32,000 nt of DNA from assembly GCF_000829235.1 (NCBI RefSeq), contig NZ_AP012549.1, forward strand, positions 1,920,001-1,952,000. The letters are read 5' to 3'. Source of the DNA: a cyanobacterium endosymbiont of Epithemia turgida isolate EtSB Lake Yunoko. GTDB lineage: Bacteria; Cyanobacteriota; Cyanobacteriia; Cyanobacteriales; Microcystaceae. The notes beneath the pieces are model-generated. The model searched no databases. It saw nothing but the letters and a program-made list of their open reading frames with translations, and was not told the origin of the DNA. Within the stretch, counting starts at the first letter, position 1, and every line of letters starts with the position of its first letter. The position numbers were made by a program, and so were the translations under genes. Below, one piece after another: positions 9,345 to 17,861 of this stretch.

Positions 9345-9975
9345 TAGATCAACTATAATCTTCTAGGTAGAATGGGTTACGATACGAGGAAAAGTATTAG
9401 TCTTTACAAAGAACTCATTTCTAACCCACCTCCTAATAGATAGTTATTTTCTTATTATAAGTATTGGGCAACACATCTAAAATAAATTCTCTTAAGCTTT
9501 TTTTATCACTACAATTAGTATTGCGAGTTATAAAATAATCTGTAGGTGCTGCTATTTGCACTACCATTATGTCTGCTTCCATTTTTTATATATTAAAGAC
9601 CTTAATTTATATATGAAAAGAACAAGTAATTAACAAAACTTGCTAAGTCTTTAATTGCTCCAAAATCATCTTAATATTAATCGGATTTTGATAAGTATTG
9701 AAAAGATTGGGTTTTCGAATAATTACTGAGGAAGGCACTCTCAACATCTGTAATTATTCTGTCATATCTTTATATCTATACCAACTATTATCTGATTAAG
9801 CTATTGTGCCAGACTGATTGCTTATACTTAAATCATCTCAAAAATATTCTTTTTATGGTCAAAATAGGTTAGCCTCGCTTCAGGCTATTCTTTTACAACT
9901 ATTGTAGTCTTGATTTTTGGCGGTTATTATTTAATATAATCGTCAAATTTTTTATGTTTTCAACTATCGTCGAAC
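9345..9975. other. AT-rich ORF-free desert C (631 nt)
   Basis: No ORF of 60 aa or more. Lies between the degT-like stop and the stop of the convergent kinase-like gene. Confidence 0.85.
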
Positions 9976-10725
9976 TCACGTAAAATAAAAGGCAACAATA
10001 GAACTACTTAAAGGAACTGTTAAATTATCAATTCCCCATTTAGAAAATGTTTCTAACCCTGTCGCTATAACGGAAACTAGTAAAGAAGATATAAGTATTA
10101 AATTAATAGGCTCCCCTGTGAAAAATAAAATAATACTGGAAATTAAAAAACTCAAGCCCATCATAGTTAGTGAGCCTTCCCAACTTTTTTTAATTCCCAA
10201 AATTTGATAATGGTGTCGACCAAATTTTTTACCAATAATTGCTGCCATTCCATCTCCCCAGGCCATTATTAAAATGCCAATAACTGCATATTGATGTTTA
10301 TTTATTGTCCAAAACCAATAGGTTAAAATACCAATACTTACCGCATAAAAAAATGTTCCTAAGCTTTTACGCTCCACACTATTAATGCTAGGAAGAATCG
10401 GAAGAAAATAGGAAATCAGCGTAATGAAACTAGCAACGAATGAGGCAACTAACAATATCCATAGCGGCAGTTTAAACCACCAAGCAATTAAAATGACATT
10501 ACCAGAACCAATGTGAACAACTTTACGGGTAAACTCGGCATCATTACTGCTTGAACGGTTCATTCCTTCAGCTATACTGATTATAGTTCCTAAATAAATT
10601 AAGACTAAACTTAGGGGATACCAGACAGATAAAAGAGGTTCCAATTTAGATAAAGACGTGAGATAAATTTTGACAGACCGACTGATTATAGTTTGCCTAT
10701 CGGATGAAAACACTACAATAATCAT
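9976..10725 (-). CDS. Polytopic membrane protein, phytol kinase / polyprenol kinase (VTE5/CdsA-like) family
   Basis: Track ORF starts at TTG 10728; the adjacent ATG 10725 is preferred. Multiple hydrophobic helices. WGDGMAAIIGKKFGRH...WEGS resembles the CTP-dependent kinase signature of the VTE5/dolichol-kinase family. Confidence 0.55.
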   Translation of the reverse strand: MIIVVFSSDRQTIISRSVKIYLTSLSKLEPLLSVWYPLSLVLIYLGTIISIAEGMNRSSSNDAEFTRKVVHIGSGNVILIAWWFKLPLWILLVASFVASFITLISYFLPILPSINSVERKSLGTFFYAVSIGILTYWFWTINKHQYAVIGILIMAWGDGMAAIIGKKFGRHHYQILGIKKSWEGSLTMMGLSFLISSIILFFTGEPINLILISSLLVSVIATGLETFSKWGIDNLTVPLSSSIVAFYFT

Positions 10726-10758
10726 CAAAAAATATTAAGAAATATAAATTAAGTAACC

Positions 10759-12264
10759 ATGCCACACTCCATTATTGTTATCGGTGCTGGAATTGGAGGA
10801 TTAACTGCAGGGGCATTACTCGCCTGTCGGGGTTATGATGTAACTGTCTATGAACAAGCAGACGTTCCTGGGGGATGCGCATCCAGCTTCAAACGGCAGG
10901 GGTTGAACTTTGATGTGGGGGCAACTCAAGTGGCAGGGTTAGAACCTGAAGGCATTCATCAACGAATTTTTGCTGAATTGGGGATAGATATTCCCCCCGC
11001 CACTCCATGCGATCCAGCTTGTGCCGTGTTTTTACCAGGGGAAACCGAACCCATTCAAGTCTGGCGAGATTCTAAAAAATGGCAAATTGAAAGACAAAAA
11101 CAATTCCCAGGGAGTGAACCTTTTTGGCAATTAATGGGTAAATTATCTCGTGCTAGTTGGAACTTCCAACGACGAGATCCAGTACTACCGCCTTGTAACA
11201 TCTGGGATCTCTGGCAGTTAATTTCTGCACTGCGGTTAGACACTTTTGTCACTGTTCCCTTTGTTTTTATGACAGTGGTGGATGCATTACGCTTGTATGG
11301 GTTAGCTAATGATCAACGCCTTAAAACCTTTCTGGACTTGCAATTAAAGCTTTATTCCCAGGTAAATGCTGATGAAACTGCTTTGTTATATGCAGCCACT
11401 GCCTTAGCAGTTTCTCAAGCTCCGCAAGGCTTGTATCATTTTCAGGGGAGTATGCAAGTGTTAAGTGATTGCTTAGTAGAAGCATTGGAAAAACATGGGG
11501 GAAAACTTAAACTTGGCTATAGTATCGAACAAATTTACCCCCAAAATAATCACGTTGAACAGGTCACTATTCATCATCAGAAAACTGGAGAAACCAGGAT
11601 AGAAACCGCTGATCATGTCGTTGCTAATGTTACGATTCAAAATTTAATCAAATTATTAGATATCTCCCCGTCTCTCTTCTGGAAACTTTATCAAAACCGC
11701 GTAGAAAAACTACCTCGACCATCAGGGGCATTTGTGGTTTATTTAGGGGTTGATCGTCGGGCCATTCCAGATAAATGTTTCCCCCATTTACAATTTCTTT
11801 ATGATTATACTCAACCCATTAGTGAAAATAATTCTTTGTTTATTTCAGTCAGTAAACCGGGGGATGGACGTGCCGCCGATGGAAAAGCCACCATCATCGC
11901 TTCATCCTTTACCGACCCTCAAATTTGGTTTAATAAAACCCCAGAAGCCTATAAGGCTCTAAAACGACAATATACCTCAGAAGTGATTGCCCGTTTAAGT
12001 TCCTATTTTTATATTACTCCAGATACTCTTATTCACCAAGAAGCCGCGACGCCTTGCACCTTTGCCAGATTTACTGCTAGAGATAAAGGTATTGTCGGGG
12101 GTGTTGGTCAGCGTGTCTCTACTTTTGGACCTTTTGGCATCGCAACCAGAACTCCCTTAAATAATCTTTGGTTAGTGGGAGATTCTACTCATCCAGGGGA
12201 AGGAACAGCAGGGGTTAGCTATTCAGCTTTAACCGTTGTCCGACAAATAGAAATGAGTCGGTAA
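10759..12264 (+). CDS. FAD-dependent oxidoreductase of the phytoene desaturase/carotenoid isomerase (CrtI/CrtD/CrtH) family
   Basis: 501 aa. N-terminal dinucleotide fold VIGAGIGGLTAG...YEQ..VPGG and a C-terminal LWLVGDSTHPGEGTAGV motif typical of the CrtI family. Substrate not assignable from sequence alone. Confidence 0.8.
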   Translation: MPHSIIVIGAGIGGLTAGALLACRGYDVTVYEQADVPGGCASSFKRQGLNFDVGATQVAGLEPEGIHQRIFAELGIDIPPATPCDPACAVFLPGETEPIQVWRDSKKWQIERQKQFPGSEPFWQLMGKLSRASWNFQRRDPVLPPCNIWDLWQLISALRLDTFVTVPFVFMTVVDALRLYGLANDQRLKTFLDLQLKLYSQVNADETALLYAATALAVSQAPQGLYHFQGSMQVLSDCLVEALEKHGGKLKLGYSIEQIYPQNNHVEQVTIHHQKTGETRIETADHVVANVTIQNLIKLLDISPSLFWKLYQNRVEKLPRPSGAFVVYLGVDRRAIPDKCFPHLQFLYDYTQPISENNSLFISVSKPGDGRAADGKATIIASSFTDPQIWFNKTPEAYKALKRQYTSEVIARLSSYFYITPDTLIHQEAATPCTFARFTARDKGIVGGVGQRVSTFGPFGIATRTPLNNLWLVGDSTHPGEGTAGVSYSALTVVRQIEMSR

Positions 12265-12323
12265 TTTCTTGTAGAGAAGTGTAGAGATACAAGGGAAATA
12301 AAGAAAAACTTTTGTCTTATGTC

Positions 12324-13133
12324 TTACTTAATTGAAGATGTATTGGATAAGCGAGGATTAGTTTGATTAGAACTTGTTGAGTTATGACTGCGAAGATTCA
12401 CTTGTGTGTCAATCGTTGGTGCCGCCGAGGACGTCGATGAGGAGTCGTGAAGTACTTCTGGATTGAATCGATAGCCAACGTTACGAACCGTTTGAATGAG
12501 ACTCGGTTGTCGAGGGTCAGTTTCAATTTTCTTTCTAAGGGAAAGAACATGGGTATCAATTGTTCGCGGATTATCAATAGCTTCAGGCCAAGCTCGTTGC
12601 AGCAGTTCTGAACGACTAAGGGGATTTCCTTCTGCTTGAGCTAGAACATACAACAAACTGAATTCCTGAGGAGTTAGGTCGACAAAATCTCCTCGGTACT
12701 GGACTCGACGCTGAACTAAATCAATTTTTAAATCCCCATAGTCGAGATAGAGGGGGACAGAAGTCACCCGCAAACGTCTGATTAGGGCTTCAATCCGTGC
12801 CATAAATTCTTGCATACCAAAGGGCTTGGTTAGATAATCATCGGCTCCGGCGTTAAGTCCTTTAACAATATCTTTTTCACTAGTACGAGCAGATAGAATT
12901 AGAATGAAAGATTGTCGCTGATTATATAACCATTGACACAATTCCATGCCATCTCCATCAGGTAAATCGGAGTCGAGGATAACTAAGGATGGCAAGCGAT
13001 GGACAAAAGCATTACGAGCTTGTTGGAGATTTGCGCATTGCTGAGCCATATAACCTGCTTGCTGTAAGTGCCAACCCAAAAGCGATCGCAGATGAGGATT
13101 TCCCTCAACGATAGCAATATAAATCAGATTCAC
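12324..13133 (-). CDS. OmpR/PhoB-family response regulator with S/T/N-rich C-terminal tail
   Basis: 269 aa, GTG start. Receiver domain (VILDSDLPDGDG, LSARTS, LTKPF) plus a winged helix (LTPQEFSLLYVL...VRNVGYRF). About 45 aa of low-complexity tail follows. Confidence 0.85.
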   Translation of the reverse strand: MNLIYIAIVEGNPHLRSLLGWHLQQAGYMAQQCANLQQARNAFVHRLPSLVILDSDLPDGDGMELCQWLYNQRQSFILILSARTSEKDIVKGLNAGADDYLTKPFGMQEFMARIEALIRRLRVTSVPLYLDYGDLKIDLVQRRVQYRGDFVDLTPQEFSLLYVLAQAEGNPLSRSELLQRAWPEAIDNPRTIDTHVLSLRKKIETDPRQPSLIQTVRNVGYRFNPEVLHDSSSTSSAAPTIDTQVNLRSHNSTSSNQTNPRLSNTSSIK

Positions 13134-13360
13134 CTTAGTTTAATTCCCTATAAAATAAACACCATTAGGCTAACAGAGCTAATGTCAAGAATATGTAACA
13201 TCTGTTACGACATCTCCATCATGTCCCTAAGAAACTCTTAAGAATTACTCAAGGTTATTTTGTTATTTCAGGATACGTAAGTGAAATTTAAAAAATAAAG
13301 CGGTTACAATGAAATCAACGATTAATTGAAGAAAGTCTCCGATAATACCAACAACAATTC

Positions 13361-13666
13361 ATGGAGCTTTCTCCGATGTCTACTAAACCTCTATTTTATA
13401 AACCCTCTTTATGTCATTTCTTCATGCTTCAAGATACTCAAGCAATTCGTTATTATCAAAAGCTAACTGACAGTATGGTGGACTTATGGCATCGAGGTCG
13501 TCGCTTTGACGAAGTCCAATCTTATATGGATGGATATCTAGCCTGTCTACATCATTCTAGTACCCTCGAAGCTCACTTAGTTTACCGTTTAGAGGAAGAG
13601 GCGTGGCGTTTTTTGCGCGATCCTTCTAACTTTGGAATGTCACTACAAACCCAAACCGATTACTAG
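13361..13666 (+). CDS. Small conserved hypothetical protein
   Basis: 101-aa ORF; alternative starts at M6 (13376) or M22. Non-repetitive, helical-looking sequence (RYYQKLTDSMVDLW...RLEEEAWRFLRDPSNF). Family not recognised with certainty. Confidence 0.5.
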   Translation: MELSPMSTKPLFYKPSLCHFFMLQDTQAIRYYQKLTDSMVDLWHRGRRFDEVQSYMDGYLACLHHSSTLEAHLVYRLEEEAWRFLRDPSNFGMSLQTQTDY

Positions 13667-13735
13667 TAATTCCATAAATCTCAAACTGAGGAGAAAGAGG
13701 TTCTTATAAATTTTCCTTTCCCCTTAGTTTTTGAT

Positions 13736-14059
13736 TTATGAAGCTAATGCTAATTCAACCATTTGCTGCAGCTCACCATTTTGATACATTTCAATCATAA
13801 TGTCACAACCACCAACAAACTCCCCATTTATATAAACTTGAGGAATAGTTGGCCAATTAGAATATTCTTTAATTCCTTGGCGAATGTCATGGTCTGTTAG
13901 AACATCGACTGTTTCATAGGAAACCCCTAGAGTATTAAGAATTTGAACAACATTGTTAGAAAATCCGCACTGGGGCATCAACTTAGCTCCCTTCATAAAG
14001 ACTAAAATTTTGTGGCTGTTGATTAACTGATCAAGACGATTTTTAAGTTCCGGTGTCAT
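13736..14059 (-). CDS. grxD: Monothiol (CGFS) glutaredoxin, Grx4 family
   Basis: Active site PQCGFSNNV and [22 protein letters not shown] at 14059 preceded by GGAG (14065-14068, minus strand); the track start 14065 is a GTG overlapping that SD. Confidence 0.9.
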   Translation of the reverse strand: MTPELKNRLDQLINSHKILVFMKGAKLMPQCGFSNNVVQILNTLGVSYETVDVLTDHDIRQGIKEYSNWPTIPQVYINGEFVGGCDIMIEMYQNGELQQMVELALAS

Positions 14060-14177
14060 AAACACTCCAAAAATAAATGACAGATTTTGACGGCGAAGAT
14101 TATAGATAGTAAACCAATGGATGATGAAACAATAGAAGTTAATCCTAGTTGCCGTTTATTCTAGCTTAGACTCTAAG

Positions 14178-14438
14178 TTAGACAACTGATTGTGCCGTTT
14201 TCCAAGTTTGAGGGGTATAAGTTTTTAAGGCTAGGGCGTGAATAGCTTCTGAGTCCAGGGCCTCTTGGATCGCACTGTACACCAATTGATGTTGCTTGAC
14301 TTTGGTTTTTCCTTCAAATTCAGCCGAAACAACCAAGGCTTCTAAATGATTTCCTCCCCCTTTGATATCTCTAATTATTACTTGAGCATCGGGGAGCCGC
14401 TCTTTAATCATAGTTTCAACTTGTTCAAGTCCAATCAT
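14178..14438 (-). CDS. bolA: BolA-family protein
   Basis: 86 aa. BolA pattern GGGNHLEALVVSAEFEGKTKVKQHQLVY...IHALALKTYTP. Lies upstream of the CGFS glutaredoxin on the same strand. Confidence 0.85.
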   Translation of the reverse strand: MIGLEQVETMIKERLPDAQVIIRDIKGGGNHLEALVVSAEFEGKTKVKQHQLVYSAIQEALDSEAIHALALKTYTPQTWKTAQSVV

Positions 14439-14529
14439 TGAGGATTCCTTAACAATTATTTATTACAGATAATATCATTATAATGACTTAATTCTTGCTG
14501 TTTTATCTGTAGCTGAATATCATGTTTTC

Positions 14530-15076
14530 TTAATTAATAGATTCAGAACAAAGTGGAGATTGCAGAGGATTATAGGATGTTTTTTGATAAATATTACAGA
14601 TGAATTTTAAAGCATTTACCCAATTTTCTATGCCTCCTTCAGTTAAATATCGCCATACATAATTGATTACTGTGATTTAAAGAAACTGTGGAATGAATCA
14701 TTAAATCAGGATCAGGGTGATCATCGCCTGGTAGAATAAAAAGATGAATCGTTAAAGAAATAGCAATTTCTTTAACGACTTCTAACCCATAAGACCAATA
14801 TGATCGACCCTCTAATAATCGTAAAACAATAACCTTAGCTTGGGACAATACTGTGTCGGCATAGCTATCAATACTCAGTTGTTGTTGCAATTGTAGAAAA
14901 TTAACAGGCCGTATTGCCGGAAAATCAGTCGGTAAATGGTTAATTGCATGGACTAAATTTTGAATATCTGTATCGGCTGCACTAAGAAAAATAATCGGAG
15001 CTGAGTTTTGTTCAACAAAGACTACACCTTCGTTATCAGAAGTTCAGCCTCCTGGGGTAGCAGCAATTCGGTGCAT
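14530..15076 (-). pseudogene. cobN: cobN (cobaltochelatase large subunit) N-terminal remnant
   Basis: Hand translation from ATG 15076 gives MHRIAATPGG*TSDNEGVVFVEQNSAPIIFLSAADTDIQNL...LQLQQQLSIDSYADTVLSQAKVIVLRLLEGRSYWSYGLEVVKE...LPGDDHPDPDLMIHSTVSLNHSNQL. After a frame change it continues WRYLTEGGIENWVNALKFICNIYQKTSYNPLQSPL...*. This is the conserved CobN N-terminus. Lesions: TGA where TGG is expected at codon 11 (15044-15046); a 4-nt tandem duplication CATA|CATA (14654-14661); reading ends after about 180 codons although CobN proteins exceed 1000 aa. Confidence 0.85.
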
Positions 15077-15186
15077 TGAAACTCCTTATCTTTAAAAATT
15101 ATTAGGTTTCAGGTATGGCGTAGTGAATTAGGTAGATTCTAGATCAAGGGCTTTACCTGCGTTGTCTCTAACTGTCTCCAAGATTA

Positions 15187-17478
15187 ATGACTCGTTTTCA
15201 AGACTCTATGTTACGCCGAACCATATCCATTAGAGTGTTTGAGGAATTAAGTTCTCTCTGGCGACAACTTGCAGCAATGGAGGAAATAAATGGAACACTA
15301 ATTACACAGGAGATGATATTAGCAGAAATTCCTAATCCTGACAGGAGTTTAGCAGAAGAACATTTTTCCTTATTATTATCTTCTGAATTGAGTCTTTTGT
15401 TACGGGGAACCTTTGATCCCACTGCCTTATGTTATCAGGTAAGTATTATTTGGGATCGACAGGTGATTGCAGACTTTATCAATGATCTAAAACAAAATCT
15501 TGCTCCCTCATTTATCTTATGGGAGCTTCTCACGCAATTTTCTTTGAGTCAACAGATTTCATCAAGTTTCCTAGAAAATATTTTTATCACTCAATTATTA
15601 AATATTTTAGCACCAGATTCCATCAATAATTCTCAAAAAATTTATAGAGATTCTGGTTTTTATAAACTAGAGGATACTATGCGGCAAAAAATTGCCCAAG
15701 AACGATTACTCAAGCAGATTATTGCTCAAATTCGCCAAGATTTAGATTTATCAAGTATTCTAGAAACGGCAGTCAGAGAACTCAGAAGTTTTCTTCAAGT
15801 TGACCGGTCAGTTATTTATGAATTTGGTTATAAAAAATCTGATCATTTGTCAGACATTAAGTCTAATCAAAATTGGGGATGTGTTACCTACGAATCTAAG
15901 CTTTTTACTAAAATTCCCTCTCTTTTAAATGTTGCTGCTGAAGATAATCGATTTTTCTATATTATTGGTTATCAGGAAGAATCTCGTCGAGGTTCGATTA
16001 TAGCTATAGAAGACGTAGATCAAACTTGCTCTTCGTCATTTTCTTTAACACAATTTTTCGAAAAATATTGGATAAAGTCTGAATTAATTGTCCCTATTAT
16101 TGTTGAAGAGACACTTTGGGGACTACTAATCGCTCATCAATGTTTTGAAAAAAGACAGTGGTTTGATAGTGAAAAAAATTTTTTAGGACAAATTGGAGAA
16201 CATTTGGCAATCGCCATTTATCAAGCTCAATTATACACCCAAGTTCAAGAACAAAAGAAAACCTTTGAACAGCGAGTTATTGAAAAAACAAAAGAACTTC
16301 GAGATGCTTTATTAGCATCCCAAGCAGCGAACTATTCTAAAAGTGAATTTTTAGGAAATATGAGCCATGAATTACGTACTCCTTTGACCTGTATTATTGG
16401 ATTGTCAGGAACATTGTTATATTGGTCAGGAGAAAATAAATCGTTTCCTTTACACAAACAAAGACAATATCTTCGGACTATTCAAGATAGTGGAAAACAT
16501 TTGTTAGAAATGATTAATGAAATACTAGAATTTTCTAAGCTAGAAGCTGGTAAATATGTTTTATCTATTCAAGAATCTAACTTAAAAAGTGTAGCTAAAA
16601 CTGCCTATCAAAAATTTAAAAAAGAAGCTAAACAAAAAAATATTAAATTATTATTAGAATTAAAAGTAAAAGGTCAAGAAGAAAATCAGTTTTTTGCCGA
16701 TCCTGAAAGACTACAACAAATTCTCTATCATTTATTGAATAATGCCTTAAAATTTACATCGGAGGGAGGAACGGTTACCTTAAGAATTTGGCGGGAAGGA
16801 AATCAGGGGAGTTTTCAAGTAGAAGACACGGGAATTGGAATTGCTGAAAATCAAATTCCTCTTTTATTCGAATCATTTCAACAATTGGAAACCTCTCGTC
16901 AACGTACTTATGGAGGAACCGGACTAGGGTTAGCTTTAACTAAACAATTAGTTGAACTTCATGGAGGAACAATTGAGGTGGAATCCGTTTTAGAAAAAGG
17001 ATCAATCTTTACGGTTAGGCTACCTAATCAACCCCAACGCCAACTAAAATTATCAGGAAATTTAGAGCGTGATCAATTATTTTTTAAAGGCAATAGAAGT
17101 ATTGTCTTAATTGAAAGTAATGAAGAAATTGCCACGTTGGTAGGAGAACTATTAACAGCAGCTAATTATCAATTTATCTGGTTGATAGATAGTGCTACTG
17201 CAGTTAAGACTATTGAACTTTTGGAGCCAACTGCTGTTATTCTAGATCAAGATTTTACCGATACTTATCAAATTAGCGACACCCTTAAACAGTTATCCAA
17301 TACTAAATCAATCAAAGTCTTGTTACTGAGTCATCAAATATCTTCAACAGATTGGACAGATATTTCTCAAAGGGGAATTGATGATTATCTATTAAAACCT
17401 ATTCAACCTAATCTTTTGTTAAAAAGAATTAATGCTTTAATGTCTACTGAAAATAATGAGGAAGATGATTCAATGTAA
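15187..17478 (+). CDS. cikA: GAF-domain hybrid sensor histidine kinase, CikA-like
   Basis: 763 aa. N-terminal region, then a GAF-like domain (about aa 190-345). H-box SEFLGNMSHELRTPL. ATPase boxes LLNNALKFT, EDTGIGI, GGTGLGLALTKQLVELHGG. C-terminal receiver-like domain with an atypical acid pocket. Architecture and length match CikA; orthology not proven. Confidence 0.55.
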   Translation: MTRFQDSMLRRTISIRVFEELSSLWRQLAAMEEINGTLITQEMILAEIPNPDRSLAEEHFSLLLSSELSLLLRGTFDPTALCYQVSIIWDRQVIADFINDLKQNLAPSFILWELLTQFSLSQQISSSFLENIFITQLLNILAPDSINNSQKIYRDSGFYKLEDTMRQKIAQERLLKQIIAQIRQDLDLSSILETAVRELRSFLQVDRSVIYEFGYKKSDHLSDIKSNQNWGCVTYESKLFTKIPSLLNVAAEDNRFFYIIGYQEESRRGSIIAIEDVDQTCSSSFSLTQFFEKYWIKSELIVPIIVEETLWGLLIAHQCFEKRQWFDSEKNFLGQIGEHLAIAIYQAQLYTQVQEQKKTFEQRVIEKTKELRDALLASQAANYSKSEFLGNMSHELRTPLTCIIGLSGTLLYWSGENKSFPLHKQRQYLRTIQDSGKHLLEMINEILEFSKLEAGKYVLSIQESNLKSVAKTAYQKFKKEAKQKNIKLLLELKVKGQEENQFFADPERLQQILYHLLNNALKFTSEGGTVTLRIWREGNQGSFQVEDTGIGIAENQIPLLFESFQQLETSRQRTYGGTGLGLALTKQLVELHGGTIEVESVLEKGSIFTVRLPNQPQRQLKLSGNLERDQLFFKGNRSIVLIESNEEIATLVGELLTAANYQFIWLIDSATAVKTIELLEPTAVILDQDFTDTYQISDTLKQLSNTKSIKVLLLSHQISSTDWTDISQRGIDDYLLKPIQPNLLLKRINALMSTENNEEDDSM

Positions 17479-17736
17479 ATTGTTATTTTTATTCAAAATC
17501 CCTGAAAATAATTTAGTTACTATCATCTTTTCTAAGCAATAAATAATGTAGCTTCTTCTTGCTCTTATTCTAATTATTGCCATACTTCTATAAATAGACT
17601 CTACATAATATCTAAGTTTTTTACTGTCAACTTGATTTGACAAAAATTAAACCTTTTCTAAAGTTGATTTTCTTAATTAATAATTTTTTCGATAAATTCG
17701 ATATTAGTAATTGTTGTTAATTTACTGGGTTTTAGG

Positions 17737-17779
17737 GTTAAGTTAATAATTTTTAAATCTTAAAAATTATTAACTTAAC
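17737..17779. repeat. 43-nt hairpin: perfect 20-bp arms GTTAAGTTAATAATTTTTAA / TTAAAAATTATTAACTTAAC, 3-nt loop ATC
   Basis: All 20 pairs checked by hand. Lies 82 nt upstream of the nanE ATG and 259 nt downstream of the cikA-like stop. Confidence 0.95.
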
Positions 17780-17861
17780 TAGAAAAAAATAATACTTCAT
17801 AATACTTATGACTGAAAGAAGTATAAGCCAATCACATTAATTATGACCTAGAAAACAAACC

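Noticed and set aside
13688-13730. Bidirectional terminator between the 101-aa gene and the glutaredoxin gene (GGAGAAAG...CTTTCCCC followed by a T5 run).
   Set aside because: The stem has a mismatch and an 18-nt loop. It is too weak to call as a feature, though plausible.
14639-14890. The 83-aa ORF as an independent small gene.
   Set aside because: It is simply the Met-initiated middle part of the cobN N-terminal remnant. The same frame stays open and CobN-like upstream to 15043.
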